Assembly: GCA_019239585.1 (NCBI GenBank)
Contig: JAFAZU010000112.1
Location: forward strand, 1-30,957
From: Acidobacteriaceae bacterium
GTDB taxonomy: Bacteria; Acidobacteriota; Terriglobia; Bryobacterales; Bryobacteraceae
Reading direction: 5' to 3'
DNA: 30,957 nt
In this document: in pieces, positions 17,185-27,393 of the stretch
Layout of the letters: each line of letters starts with the position of its first letter
Position numbering within the stretch: position 1 is the stretch's first letter
Notes under the pieces: model-generated
What the model was told of the DNA's origin: nothing
Databases searched by the model: none
Seen by the model: only the letters and a program-made list of their open reading frames with translations
Program-made: the position numbers and the translations under genes

Positions 17185-18501
17185 TTACCTGCCTCCTCCG
17201 AAGCCCCGCTCCATGGGCATGGCAAGGGGTGCTTCGACCAAAAAATCAGCGGTACGGATCTCGACTAAGGCTTCGCGTATGGCTTGTTCTTTCGCGGGTT
17301 CCGTGGTGATGACAAAGGGCAGGTTTCGCCAGTCTTCGCGGGGTAATTGCAGCACGGCATCAAGGCCAATGCGGTGCTTGGCCAGAATCGTCGCCAGCGT
17401 GGCAATGATACCGGCTTTATCCTCCACGCGGAAACGTAGAAAGTAGGGCAGTTCCTGCGTGGAGATGGGCAGCGGCTTCCATTCACCCAGGCGCTCATGC
17501 GCAAATGGGCTGACACGTTCCGGGCTTCCGAATCGAATCTCGCGCGCGACTCGCATAAGGTCGCTGACGACCGCTACGCCCGTGGGCTTGGAGCCGGCAC
17601 CGCGCCCATAATAGAAAGTGTCCTCGCCATACTGCCCGCGTATCCAGATCGCGTTGTAAGCTCCCGTGACGTGAGCCAGTATTGTGTCTTGCGGGATCAG
17701 GCTGGGCCGCACGGATAACACAATGCCGTCGGCAGTTCGACGCGCCAAACAGAGCAACCGGACCGTGTGCTTCAACTGGTGCGCATACTGGAAGTCAACG
17801 GGCGTGATCCGCCGTATGCCCTCCGTAAAGATGTCGGACGGGGTCAGTTTTTCACCGAAGGCCAGCGCGGCTAAAATAGCGAGCTTCGAGCGAGCGTCGA
17901 GTCCGTCCACATCGGCTGAGGGATCGGCTTCAGCGTATCCAAGCTGTTGCGCTTCAGCCAGCACGGAATCAAAAGCCGCGTTGCTCTTCTCGATCTCCGT
18001 CAAGATAAAGTTGCTGGTGCCGTTAAGAATACCGTACAGTTCGGCAACGCTGTCACCCGCAATTCCCTCGCGCAGAACGGTGTGAATCGGAATGCCGCCT
18101 GCCACGCTCGCTTCCATAGCGATATTCACGCCGTTGGCATTCGCCAGCGACCACAACTCCGGGCCGCACAGAGCCATTAACTCCTTATTCGCTGTCACCA
18201 CAGATTTTCGCTGTTTCAGCGACTCTTCAATGATGTTTCTGGCCGTCGCGGTACCACCGATCAGTTCGACGACAATATCCACTTCAGGATTGTTAACGAC
18301 ATCGCGCCAGTTATCCGTTCGCGTAATGCCATCAGGGCAGACTAGCGACTTTTTCGCATGAATGTTCCGGCTGCAAACCGTTTTCACGGCCAACCTGAAG
18401 CCCAGCTTTTCCCTAAGAGAGCGGGCATTCTCGGTGAGAATCTGCAAAGCTCCCGTTCCCACGTTGCCCAGGCCAATCAGGCCAACTCCGACCTCCGTCA
18501 T
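17185..18501 (-). CDS. hom: Homoserine dehydrogenase with C-terminal ACT domain
   Basis: GLIGLGNVG, VVTANKEL, EASVAGGIP, GILNGTSNFIL, GYAEADPSAD, YYGRGAG, ACT (VEDKAGIIA). ATG 18501 fits the Rossmann start. Confidence 0.95.
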   Translation of the reverse strand: MTEVGVGLIGLGNVGTGALQILTENARSLREKLGFRLAVKTVCSRNIHAKKSLVCPDGITRTDNWRDVVNNPEVDIVVELIGGTATARNIIEESLKQRKSVVTANKELMALCGPELWSLANANGVNIAMEASVAGGIPIHTVLREGIAGDSVAELYGILNGTSNFILTEIEKSNAAFDSVLAEAQQLGYAEADPSADVDGLDARSKLAILAALAFGEKLTPSDIFTEGIRRITPVDFQYAHQLKHTVRLLCLARRTADGIVLSVRPSLIPQDTILAHVTGAYNAIWIRGQYGEDTFYYGRGAGSKPTGVAVVSDLMRVAREIRFGSPERVSPFAHERLGEWKPLPISTQELPYFLRFRVEDKAGIIATLATILAKHRIGLDAVLQLPREDWRNLPFVITTEPAKEQAIREALVEIRTADFLVEAPLAMPMERGFGGGR

Positions 18502-18509
18502 AAGTGGCT

Positions 18510-18516
18510 TATGATA
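18510..18516. promoter_or_regulatory. Overlapping divergent -10 hexamers (TATGAT on +, TATCAT on -)
   Basis: Each hexamer ends 9 nt before an ATG (18525 on +, 18501 on -); no Shine-Dalgarno on either side. Confidence 0.5.
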
Positions 18517-18524
18517 GCAACCGT

Positions 18525-18866
18525 ATGAGCCGTACACGCCGTAATGCGCTGCTCACGCTTTTATTGTCATCCGCACTAAGCGCACAAGAGCAATTTCCCC
18601 CTGACCAACGTCATCCTGATCCTTTTCCGAAACGCCCGGACGAAGAAGACCGTAAGCTTCCCAACGGCAAGTCCCAAAAGGATGCTATTGCGAAGGAAAA
18701 TTATGAGCAATCCTTGAAGGACGCTAACAATATGATTCAGGCAGCGACTAGCCTTCGCGATGAGTTGCAAAAAGCCGGCAATTATGTTGTTCCGATCACT
18801 GCCGTGAAAAAAACAGAGGAGATTGAAAAACTGGCGCGCCGTATCCGGAGCCGCTTGAAAGCATAA
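18525..18866 (+). CDS. Small exported helical hypothetical protein
   Basis: MSRTRRNALLTLLLSSALSA signal-like N-terminus, Pro-rich linker, coiled-coil-like C-terminus (KKTEEIEKLARRIRSRLK); lies directly upstream of pyrR. Confidence 0.75.
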   Translation: MSRTRRNALLTLLLSSALSAQEQFPPDQRHPDPFPKRPDEEDRKLPNGKSQKDAIAKENYEQSLKDANNMIQAATSLRDELQKAGNYVVPITAVKKTEEIEKLARRIRSRLKA

Positions 18867-18902
18867 TTCCCTCCCGTGTTAATCTGACGTGTCAGTACCT
18901 GA

Positions 18903-19475
18903 ATGCCAACTATCCGCGAAAAAAAACAGCTCATGAGCGCTTCCGAGATTGACCGAACGCTGGTTCGTCTCGCGCATGAGGTCCTGGAAAAGACGACTGA
19001 TCTCGATCAGCTCGCATTTGTAGGCATCAAACGGCGCGGTGTTCCCTTGGCGCAGCGTCTGGCCGCCAAAATTGAAAGCCTGGAAAAGCGTAAAGTTCCC
19101 GTAGGCGTTCTCGACATCAATCTCTACCGTGACGATCTGTCAACGGTCGGGGAGCGCCCGGTTGTGAACGCCAAACAGATTGATTTTCCGGTGGTCGGAA
19201 AAGATATTATTTTGATGGATGATGTGCTTTACACGGGCCGCACGATTCGTTCCGCGCTCGACGCGCTGTTCGATCATGGCCGTCCGGCGCGCGTGCAGTT
19301 ATTGGTCCTTATTGATCGCGGCCATCGGGAGCTTCCGATCGAAGCGCGCTATATCGGTCGAATGGTGCAAACCAGTTCGAATGAGATCATTGAGGTCAAG
19401 TTTCAGGAAGTAGACGGTCAGGAGAGAGTGTTGCTTGTGGAACGCGTAGACGACGGCGCCCCACAACCGGCATGA
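18903..19475 (+). CDS. pyrR: Bifunctional pyr regulator / uracil phosphoribosyltransferase
   Basis: RTLVRLAHEV, GIKRRGVPLA, LDINLYRDDL, IILMDDVLYTGRT PRPP loop, DRGHRELPI. Confidence 0.96.
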   Translation: MPTIREKKQLMSASEIDRTLVRLAHEVLEKTTDLDQLAFVGIKRRGVPLAQRLAAKIESLEKRKVPVGVLDINLYRDDLSTVGERPVVNAKQIDFPVVGKDIILMDDVLYTGRTIRSALDALFDHGRPARVQLLVLIDRGHRELPIEARYIGRMVQTSSNEIIEVKFQEVDGQERVLLVERVDDGAPQPA

Positions 19476-20398
19476 GCGCTGAGATGACCCCGAAAGGTCT
19501 GCTGGACATTGAGTCATTAACTCGGTCGGATATTGAAGTGATCTTGGAGCGATCGAAGGAGTTCCAGCCCCCTCGCGGCGAAACCTTCCGACGACTCGAC
19601 ATCCTGCGCGGACGGACGGTGGTCAATCTGTTTTTTGAGTCTTCCACCAGAACCCGCACAAGCTTTGAAATTGCGGCGAAGCGGCTGGGCGCGGATGTTC
19701 TTTCCATTACTGCCGCAGGTTCCAGCATTTCGAAAGGCGAGTCACTGGTCGATACATTAAATACGCTGGGAGCCATGCGGCCGGATGCAATTGTGATGCG
19801 TCACTCGGCTTCAGGCGCTCCTCATTTTTTGTCGCGTTATTTGCCGGTCCCGATTGTGAATGCGGGGGACGGCACGCACGAACACCCGACGCAGGCGCTC
19901 TTGGATGCGCTCACGATTACCGACCGGCGCGGAAGGCTGGAGGGCTTGCGAGTTGCAATTATTGGTGACATCGCGCATAGTCGCGTGGCCCGATCCAATG
20001 TTTTTCTGCTCTCGAAGTTCGGCGTTCAAATTGTGCTGTGCGGCCCGGCGTCTCTGTTGCCGAGGGAGATGGCAAAGATTGCACCAGGCGTTGAACTGAC
20101 GGGGGACATGGTGGAAGCGATCCGTGATGCTGACGTAATCATGATGCTGCGCGTGCAACTGGAACGGCAGTACGAAGCGGCGTTTCCAGCTAATGAGTAT
20201 TTTCAATTTTTCGGCTTGCGCTTGGAACACATGGAACAGGCCAAGCCGGACGTCATGGTGATGCACCCTGGTCCCATTAACCGGGGACGCGAAATCTCTT
20301 CCGAAGTGGCTGATTCACAACGATCCGCTATTTTGAACCAAGTCGAGAACGGGATTGCCGTGCGCATGGCGGTGCTGGAAAGGGTGCTGGCGCGATGA
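19472..20398 (+). CDS. pyrB: Aspartate carbamoyltransferase catalytic subunit
   Basis: FFESSTRTRTSFE, KGESLVDT, NAGDGTHEHPTQALLD, MHPGPINRG; ATGA overlap with pyrR. Confidence 0.97.
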   Translation: MSAEMTPKGLLDIESLTRSDIEVILERSKEFQPPRGETFRRLDILRGRTVVNLFFESSTRTRTSFEIAAKRLGADVLSITAAGSSISKGESLVDTLNTLGAMRPDAIVMRHSASGAPHFLSRYLPVPIVNAGDGTHEHPTQALLDALTITDRRGRLEGLRVAIIGDIAHSRVARSNVFLLSKFGVQIVLCGPASLLPREMAKIAPGVELTGDMVEAIRDADVIMMLRVQLERQYEAAFPANEYFQFFGLRLEHMEQAKPDVMVMHPGPINRGREISSEVADSQRSAILNQVENGIAVRMAVLERVLAR

Positions 20399-21684
20399 GC
20401 AGGCTACTGATTCGGAACGGGCGGGTGATTGATCCCTCCAGCGGTACCGATCGTGTCTACGACGTTGCCGTTGAGGATGGGATTATTCGTCAGGTCGGCT
20501 TGGACATCGCCGGTGCAGGCGGAATCGAGCAGTTTGACGCGACGGGAATGGTGGTTGCTCCCGGTTTTGTTGATATTCACGTCCACCTGCGCGAGCCGGG
20601 CTTTGAGCATGCGGAAACCATTGAGAGCGGCTCCCGGGCGGCAGCGGCGGGCGGGTTTACTTCCATCTGCTGTATGCCGAATACACAGCCGGTCAATGAC
20701 AACGCCACGGTCACCAATTACATTCGCGCACAGGCGGAGCGCTATGCCGTGGTCAATGTGTACCCGATTGGCGCGATCACCAAGAACAGCGCCGGGGAAG
20801 AGTTATCGGCAATTGCTTCCATGAAGCAGGCCGGTGCTGTCGCTATCTCGGATGACGGCAGGCCCGTGATGAACGCGCGCGTGGTTCGTCGCGCGATGGA
20901 GTTTGCGCGGGCGCTTGATATTCCACTTGTTGAGCACTGCGAGGATTTGCACTTGAGCGCGGGCGGGGATATGCACGAAGGCTTGGAGTCTACTCGCCTC
21001 GGCTTGCGCGGCATTCCCCGAAGCTCCGAAGATGTGATGGTTGCGCGCGACTTGATATTGGCTGAACTGACAGGCTGCCGTTATCATGTGGCGCACATCT
21101 CTTCGCACCTTTCGGTGGAGATGGTCCGGTTTGCCAAGAGTCGTGGATTGCGCGTTACGGCTGAATCGACGCCGCATCATTTTACGATTGCGGATCGCGA
21201 CATGCTGCCCTATGACAGCAATTACAAAATGAAACCGCCTCTACGTGAGGCGTGCGATATTCAGGCGGTTGTGGAAGGCTTAACCGATGGAACAATTGAC
21301 GCGATTGCAACAGACCATGCGCCGCACCCAGGCGCGGAAAAAATGCAGGAATTCGAGCGTTGTCCCTTCGGGGTTATCGGCCTGGAAACCGCACTGCCTT
21401 TATCTTTGGAGCATCTGTATTACACAGGGAGAATGAACCTGACGCAATTGGTCGCGTTGTTTACAAACAGGCCTGCCGCCGTGATGTCGCTTCCTCGCGG
21501 AACGCTGCGCGAAGGCGCGGTTGCGGACATCACCATTTTTGGCACGGATCATGAGTGGACTTACGATGTGAACCGTTCGCCTTCAAAAAGCCGTAATACT
21601 CCGTTTCACGGGCGCAAGTTTCGCGGCGGACCCGTAGCGACGATTGTGGGCGGGAAGATCGTGTGGAAGTTGGAATTGCTATAG
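20395..21684 (+). CDS. pyrC: Dihydroorotase (long, multifunctional-complex type)
   Basis: DIHVHLREPG, MPNTQP, SDDG, KMKPPLR, ATDHAPH; ATGA overlap with pyrB. Confidence 0.95.
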   Translation: MSRLLIRNGRVIDPSSGTDRVYDVAVEDGIIRQVGLDIAGAGGIEQFDATGMVVAPGFVDIHVHLREPGFEHAETIESGSRAAAAGGFTSICCMPNTQPVNDNATVTNYIRAQAERYAVVNVYPIGAITKNSAGEELSAIASMKQAGAVAISDDGRPVMNARVVRRAMEFARALDIPLVEHCEDLHLSAGGDMHEGLESTRLGLRGIPRSSEDVMVARDLILAELTGCRYHVAHISSHLSVEMVRFAKSRGLRVTAESTPHHFTIADRDMLPYDSNYKMKPPLREACDIQAVVEGLTDGTIDAIATDHAPHPGAEKMQEFERCPFGVIGLETALPLSLEHLYYTGRMNLTQLVALFTNRPAAVMSLPRGTLREGAVADITIFGTDHEWTYDVNRSPSKSRNTPFHGRKFRGGPVATIVGGKIVWKLELL

Positions 21685-21687
21685 CCT

Positions 21688-23079
21688 GTGAGAGTCATCT
21701 TATTGTTGCTTTTGGTTGTGCCGCTTCTCTCTGCTCAGCCGCCCTGGTGTGTGGTGGAGAAGCCGACTGCACAAGGGATTCAAGCTGCTATTGATGCCTG
21801 CGCGGGTAAAGGCGGGGGCGTCACCTATGTCCCGCCTGGTGAATACATCACGGGACCACTATGGTTAAAGGACAACGTGGAACTTCGTTTGGAAGCGGGC
21901 GCCACGATCGCGCTCAGTCAAAATCCGGCTGATTGGCCCGCTAACGCACCTGCTCTTATCAACGCCTCGGGCGTTAAGAATATTGCGATTACCGGACGCG
22001 GCACCATCGACGGGAAAGCTCAATACGAGTATGCGCCCATGCGGCGAATCGACGTAGAGATCACGGAAGAGATGGAGATTGCCCGCAAAGCCGGTGTGAC
22101 GCTCGAGCGCTACTACCGGACCGGAGTGCAAAAGTATGACGTCTTGCTTCAGGATTCACGGGAGATCCGGATTGAGGGCGTACACATTATTCATTCACCG
22201 ATCTGGACCGTGCGCCTTCAGGATTGTGATCAAGTTTGGATTCGCGGAGTTTATATCTACTCGGATCTTGAAAAGGGTGTGAACGCCGACGGCATTGACA
22301 TTGTTTCCACCTCGAACGTCTTGATCTCGGATTCGATTGTGATCACGGGGGATGATGCTATTTGTTTGAAGACCATGCACTACGGAGGAGAAGGGGCTGT
22401 GGCGGACGCAGCGCACCATCCGGTGCGGCGGACGGAAAACGTGACCGTCACCAATTCGATCTTGACTTCGTCCTCGACGCCGATGATGATTGGAACAGAA
22501 ACGTACGCCGATATTCGGCATGTGGTCTTCTCGAATATTGTCGTGCGCGATTCGAACAAAGTATTTGGCATTAATGTGCAGGATGGAGGATCGGTGAGCG
22601 AGGTTCGGTTCGAGAATGTGACATTCGAGCTGAATCGCCGGCACTGGAATTAGTGGGGGAGCGCGGAAGTGTTCAAGTTCGTGCTCAAGAAACGCGGCCC
22701 GGATTCGCGTTTGGGGAAGATCGAAAACATCTCGATTATTGGAACGCAGGGCACCGCACGAGGGACATCGCTGATAGCCGGAAACGCCGAACGCCCGTTG
22801 GCCGGCATTTCCATTGAGCGGCTGCGCGTGAAGATGCTGCCGGAAAACAAGCCGGACCTACGCGCCACAGATGCACTGATGATGGAACATGTAGATGGCT
22901 TGACGCTGCGGGACATTGAAGTGGATTGGGACCGCGACTCACCTCAATCAACTTGGGGAAGCGCCCTGGTGTTGCGGGATGTCAACGATTTGCGACTGAG
23001 TGGATTTCGGGGTCAGGCAGGGAGCCGCGATCCGGCTGTGCCGGCGATTCGGAAGGAACGGGTGAAAAACGGTTCGTAA
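21688..23079 (+). pseudogene. GH28-like (pectin-lyase-fold) glycoside hydrolase interrupted by one in-frame TAG at 22651-22653
   Basis: Signal peptide, IQAAIDAC, GGGVTYVPPGEY, NADGIDI, GDDAICLK. ORFs 21688..22653 and 22669..23079 share a frame and read RRHWN*WGSAEVFKF across a single stop. Confidence 0.8.
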
Positions 23080-24403
23080 GCGGACCATTTTCCCATGCGT
23101 TCTTTACGGAAGTTACCAGCAAACCTTCTTCAGGATCGGCAACGGTCCGCATATCAAGAATGACTTTGCCACGCTCAATACGAGCGATCACTGGCATCGC
23201 AGCTCCACGCAACTGAGTTTCGAATGCGTTGGGGTTCTTGACTGTTAACTCAACGATCCAGGTCGGCAGGTTTTGGTCCGGCGTGGAGCCTCCGCCGATT
23301 GGTGAAGCGGATTGTCGGACGGAAGCAGGAATCCCGTTCAGTTTTGCGGCGACCCGTTCTGCTCGTTGACGAAGTTCTCCTTCTTCGGCAAGGATCATTT
23401 GCAGGGTGGGAATGTCGCTCCAGTTTTGTTTGAGAACTTCACGTAATGTTCCTTCGAGCGACTGAATGATGAGCTTATCGACGCGTAGGGCCCGGTACAA
23501 GGGATTGCGGCGAACGCGCGTAAGCAGTTCCGCGTTCCCGCTGATAATCCCGCTTTGCGGACCGCCGAGGAGCTTGTCGCCGCTGAATGACAGGATATTG
23601 ATTCCGGCTGCAAGGGAATCAGAGACTACCGGCTCGTGGATTCCAGCGCTGTGCAAGTCCACTAGACAACCGCTCCCGAGGTCCTCGTAAACGGGTATGC
23701 GGGATTGCCGCCCGAGGTCGGCGAGTTCCCGAAGTTCGGGCCGCGCTGTAAAGCCCGCGATGTGGAAGTTGGAAGGATGAACGCGTAGAATCAGGCGGGT
23801 CCGCTCGTTGATCGCTCCACGGTAATCTTCGATGCGTGTACGGTTCGTTGTTCCGACCTCGCGAAGGATTGCGCCGGAGCGCGTCATAATTTCTGGAATG
23901 CGAAAACCGTCGCCAATTTCAATCAGTTCGCCGCGCGAAACGATTACTTCGTAGCCGGCGGCCAGCTCGTGCAATACCAGGAACACGGCAGCGGCATTGT
24001 TGTTGACAACAATTGCAGGCTTACCTAGTAGCTGCTCAAACAACGCTGAGGTATGCACATCACGTTTGCCGCGCTTCCCTGCCCTTAGATCGTATTCGAG
24101 GTTGGAGTAACGGGCAATCGGTCGAAGTGAAGCTAGGGGGGCACGGCCCAAGTTCGTGTGCAGAATAACTCCGGTCGCGTTGATGACCGGGCGGAGTGAT
24201 GGAGTAAGCAAGTCACGGAGGCGCACTTCCACTTCCTCCGCGACAGGTGCTTCCGTAACCGCCTGGCCTTCGGTTATCGCGCGTCGGCGTTCGGCTATTA
24301 CGGAACGGATCTCGTTCGTGATGACGGCCTGCGGCAATCCGTCGAAAATTTTGAGTTGCCGTAAGACCTGATCGACCGAGGGCAGGCTGCGAAAAGAGTC
24401 CAT
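22982..24403 (-). CDS. selA: L-seryl-tRNA(Sec) selenium transferase
   Basis: LPSVDQVL, INATGVILHTNLGRAPL, VNNNAAAV, SRGELIEIGDGFRIP, EVGTTNRT, SFSGDKLLGGPQ (PLP Lys), LDMRTV. Confidence 0.93.
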   Translation of the reverse strand: MDSFRSLPSVDQVLRQLKIFDGLPQAVITNEIRSVIAERRRAITEGQAVTEAPVAEEVEVRLRDLLTPSLRPVINATGVILHTNLGRAPLASLRPIARYSNLEYDLRAGKRGKRDVHTSALFEQLLGKPAIVVNNNAAAVFLVLHELAAGYEVIVSRGELIEIGDGFRIPEIMTRSGAILREVGTTNRTRIEDYRGAINERTRLILRVHPSNFHIAGFTARPELRELADLGRQSRIPVYEDLGSGCLVDLHSAGIHEPVVSDSLAAGINILSFSGDKLLGGPQSGIISGNAELLTRVRRNPLYRALRVDKLIIQSLEGTLREVLKQNWSDIPTLQMILAEEGELRQRAERVAAKLNGIPASVRQSASPIGGGSTPDQNLPTWIVELTVKNPNAFETQLRGAAMPVIARIERGKVILDMRTVADPEEGLLVTSVKNAWENGPLTNRFSPVPSESPAQPDRGSLPDPEIHSVANR

Positions 24404-27310
24404 CTAAGCAATTGCGCTTTGCGACAGTGTTTGCCGTAAATATCGGCCTGTGTACGATTCGGGAACCGTGGCGATAAACTCCGGCGGTCCTTGCGCGACG
24501 ATGCGGCCCCCCGCTTCTCCTCCTTCAGGACCGAGATCAATCACCCAATCAGCAGCCTGAATCAGTTCTAGATTGTGCTCAATAATCAGAATGCTTCCGC
24601 CATTATGGATTAGCCGCTCGAACGAGCGCAGCAGTTTGGCAATATCATCGAAGTGCAGGCCCGTGGTTGGCTCGTCCAGCAGGAACAACGTCCCCTCGCA
24701 ACTCGACTGCGCTAAGTGCGCCGCCAGCTTGACACGCTGCGCTTCACCGCCGCTCAACGTTGTAGCCGACTGGCCAAGCCGGAGATACCCCAGGCCGACG
24801 TCCTGCAGCACTTTCAGCCGGGCCGCAAGCCGGGGCGTATCGGCAAAGAACCCAAGCGCCTCATGAATCGTGAGTTGAAGCACTTCATGAATGTTCAGGT
24901 TCTTGTACCGGATATCGAGAACGGTTTGCTTATAGCGCGTTCCCTTGCACTCTTCACAAACCAACTCCACATCCGCCAGAAACTGCATCTCGACCGTCAC
25001 TGTTCCGTCACCCTGACAAGTTTCGCAGCGTCCACCGGGGATGTTGAATGAGAAATGTCCGGCAGTGTATCCGCGCCGCTCCGCTTCGGGAGTGCAGGCG
25101 AATAGGTCGCGGATCAGGTCGAAAGCTTTGACGTACGTGACAGGATTGGAGCGGGGAGTCCGGCCAATTGGTGATTGATCGACCATGACCACGTTCGTTA
25201 GAAGATCCGCGCGTTCGACACGCTTCAACGGAAGCTTCTGCGCAGAGCTTTCCGCCGAGCTAAGGGCGGATTCTTCCTCTTTTTTCCCGTTCTGCCGCTC
25301 TTTGTTGAGCCGCTTTTCGAGCGCACGATAGATCACCTCATGCACTAGACTCGACTTGCCTGATCCGGAAACACCCGTAACCGCCACCATCATGCCGAGC
25401 GGGATTTCCACATCGATACTTTTCAGATTATTTGCCCGCGCTCCAAGGAACCGGACTGTTCGTTTGGTATTAACTTTCCGGCGGTCCAGCGAACGCTGGA
25501 CGGACAACTCGCCGCGAAGGTATCGGCCGGTGAGCGATGCTGAACTTTCCCGGTCTCTCATGGGTGCAGATAAAAGCAACTGGTTATAGTTGCCGGAGAA
25601 GATCACCTGCCCGCCGTTCTCACCAGCACCAGGACCCATGTCCAGAATATGATCGGCCTCGGCCATGATCTCGGGATCATGCTCCACGACAATGATCGTA
25701 TTGCCGAGCTCCCGGAGGTTCTTCAGAATTTGAATCAAACGCGCGGTATCGCGGTTGTGCAGGCCGATGGACGGCTCATCGAGCACGTAGACAGCTCCTA
25801 CCAAGCGCGATCCTAAACAAGTTGCTAATTGAATTCGTTGCGCTTCGCCGCCGGAAAGCGTGGCGGAAAGCCGGTCCAGGTTCAAGTACTCCAATCCGAC
25901 ATCGTTTAAAAACTTGCAGCGCTGGCGAATTTCCTCCAGAATGCGGTCAGCAATTTCCGCTTCTTCCGGGCTGAGTTGCAGATCATCGAAGAAATGTTGT
26001 GCCTGTGCGATATTCATGTGCGAAGCTTGCGCGATATTGCAGTCCCCCAGCCGTACCCACAGCGCCTCCGGCCGCAGGCGATCTCCCCGGCAAGCCGGAC
26101 ATTCCGTATAGGCACGGTAGCGGCTGAGAAAAACGCGCACATGAACTTTGTATTTCTTCTTCTCTACTTCCCGAAAGAAGTTGTAGATATGCTTGCGGAC
26201 AAACTCCTTCTCGTCTTTCCGCAGTTCCGCATAAGGCACATTGCAGCGGACCTTTGAACCGCATTTAAAGCGGAAAACTTCGTCGTAGTACCACCTGTAC
26301 TGCGGCTTGGTCCAGGGTTCTATCGCCCCGTCCTCGATGGAGCATGTAGGGTCCGGGATGATCAGGTCGAAGTTGTAGTCGATAGCGTTCCCAAACCCTT
26401 GGCACACAGGACAAGCGCCCATCGGACTGTTAAAGCTGAAGAGACTGGGTTCCGGCTCTGTTGCTTCAGCCCCGCAGACTTTGCAGGCGAACTTCTCCGT
26501 GAAGTGGAGAATCCTTGGTTCTACTCCGTCGCCCGCTGCTTCGAAGAAGACTTCGCCCGTTTCGCGATAGCAGATTTCAATCGTATCGACTAAACGACCA
26601 TGAGCATCAGGCCGAATGGCAATTCGGTCAGCAAGGATGAACAGCGGCTTATTAAAATCAATTTCCAGCAACGATTCCGGGGTGGAAAACTCGAAAGTGT
26701 TGCCACCCTGGAAAAGCCGGTTAAAACCCTTTTTCCGCAGATCAAACAGCCGTTCGCGGCGGGAATTTTCCGTTTCAGCTTTTACGGAAAAGAGAACGTA
26801 CCAGCGCGAGCCTCCTTCCTGCTTTAACATCGTTTCCGCAACCTGATCGACCGTGTCCCGTTGGATGCGGGTTCCATCGTTCGGGCAATAGATTCGACCG
26901 GCGCGCGCCCAAAGGAGCCGCATAAAGTCGTAAAGCTCCGTGGCGGTTGCGACTGTCGAGCGCGGGTTGCGGGTCTGGTTTTTCTGCTTGATCGCGATGG
27001 GTGGAGCAATGCCCAAGATTTCATCAACTTCCGGTTTTTCCATTCGCTCCAGGAACTGCCGCGCATAAGCTGATAAGGATTCCACATAGCGGCGCTGGCC
27101 TTCGGCATAGACCGTATCGAAGACGAGCGAGGATTTACCGGAGCCGGATACTCCCGTCACGACAGTCAGGAGGTTATGCGGGATATCAGCGTCTATGTTC
27201 TTTAAATTGTGGACGCGAGCGCCTCGGATGGCGAGAACGGGCTGACCGGTAACGGGGTGGTTCTCCGCAACATCCAATTGGCAAGAGGGAGTAATTGATT
27301 TCTCGGGCAT
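24404..27310 (-). CDS. uvrA: Excinuclease ABC subunit A
   Basis: [13 protein letters not shown], two [11 protein letters not shown] Walker A motifs, [13 protein letters not shown], two LSGGEAQR signatures, Zn fingers (CPVCQG, CPACRG, CETCQG...CEECKG). ATG 27310 avoids overlap with mutY. Confidence 0.96.
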   Translation of the reverse strand: MPEKSITPSCQLDVAENHPVTGQPVLAIRGARVHNLKNIDADIPHNLLTVVTGVSGSGKSSLVFDTVYAEGQRRYVESLSAYARQFLERMEKPEVDEILGIAPPIAIKQKNQTRNPRSTVATATELYDFMRLLWARAGRIYCPNDGTRIQRDTVDQVAETMLKQEGGSRWYVLFSVKAETENSRRERLFDLRKKGFNRLFQGGNTFEFSTPESLLEIDFNKPLFILADRIAIRPDAHGRLVDTIEICYRETGEVFFEAAGDGVEPRILHFTEKFACKVCGAEATEPEPSLFSFNSPMGACPVCQGFGNAIDYNFDLIIPDPTCSIEDGAIEPWTKPQYRWYYDEVFRFKCGSKVRCNVPYAELRKDEKEFVRKHIYNFFREVEKKKYKVHVRVFLSRYRAYTECPACRGDRLRPEALWVRLGDCNIAQASHMNIAQAQHFFDDLQLSPEEAEIADRILEEIRQRCKFLNDVGLEYLNLDRLSATLSGGEAQRIQLATCLGSRLVGAVYVLDEPSIGLHNRDTARLIQILKNLRELGNTIIVVEHDPEIMAEADHILDMGPGAGENGGQVIFSGNYNQLLLSAPMRDRESSASLTGRYLRGELSVQRSLDRRKVNTKRTVRFLGARANNLKSIDVEIPLGMMVAVTGVSGSGKSSLVHEVIYRALEKRLNKERQNGKKEEESALSSAESSAQKLPLKRVERADLLTNVVMVDQSPIGRTPRSNPVTYVKAFDLIRDLFACTPEAERRGYTAGHFSFNIPGGRCETCQGDGTVTVEMQFLADVELVCEECKGTRYKQTVLDIRYKNLNIHEVLQLTIHEALGFFADTPRLAARLKVLQDVGLGYLRLGQSATTLSGGEAQRVKLAAHLAQSSCEGTLFLLDEPTTGLHFDDIAKLLRSFERLIHNGGSILIIEHNLELIQAADWVIDLGPEGGEAGGRIVAQGPPEFIATVPESYTGRYLRQTLSQSAIA

Positions 27311-27393
27311 GGTGCCACAAAACGGCGGGCAATCAGCGGCAAAGTCGGCCCGTACAGCCACTTCGCACCAAGTGTCTTTTCTAGTATAAGGTG

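Noticed and set aside
18502-18537. Longer starts for hom (18537) and the hypothetical gene (18504)
   Set aside because: They would overlap each other head-to-head; the downstream ATGs match domain and signal-peptide starts.
22651-22653. In-frame stop beside selA as selenocysteine or pyrrolysine recoding
   Set aside because: Sec uses TGA, not TAG; no pyl genes are in the window; TAG ends several intact genes here.
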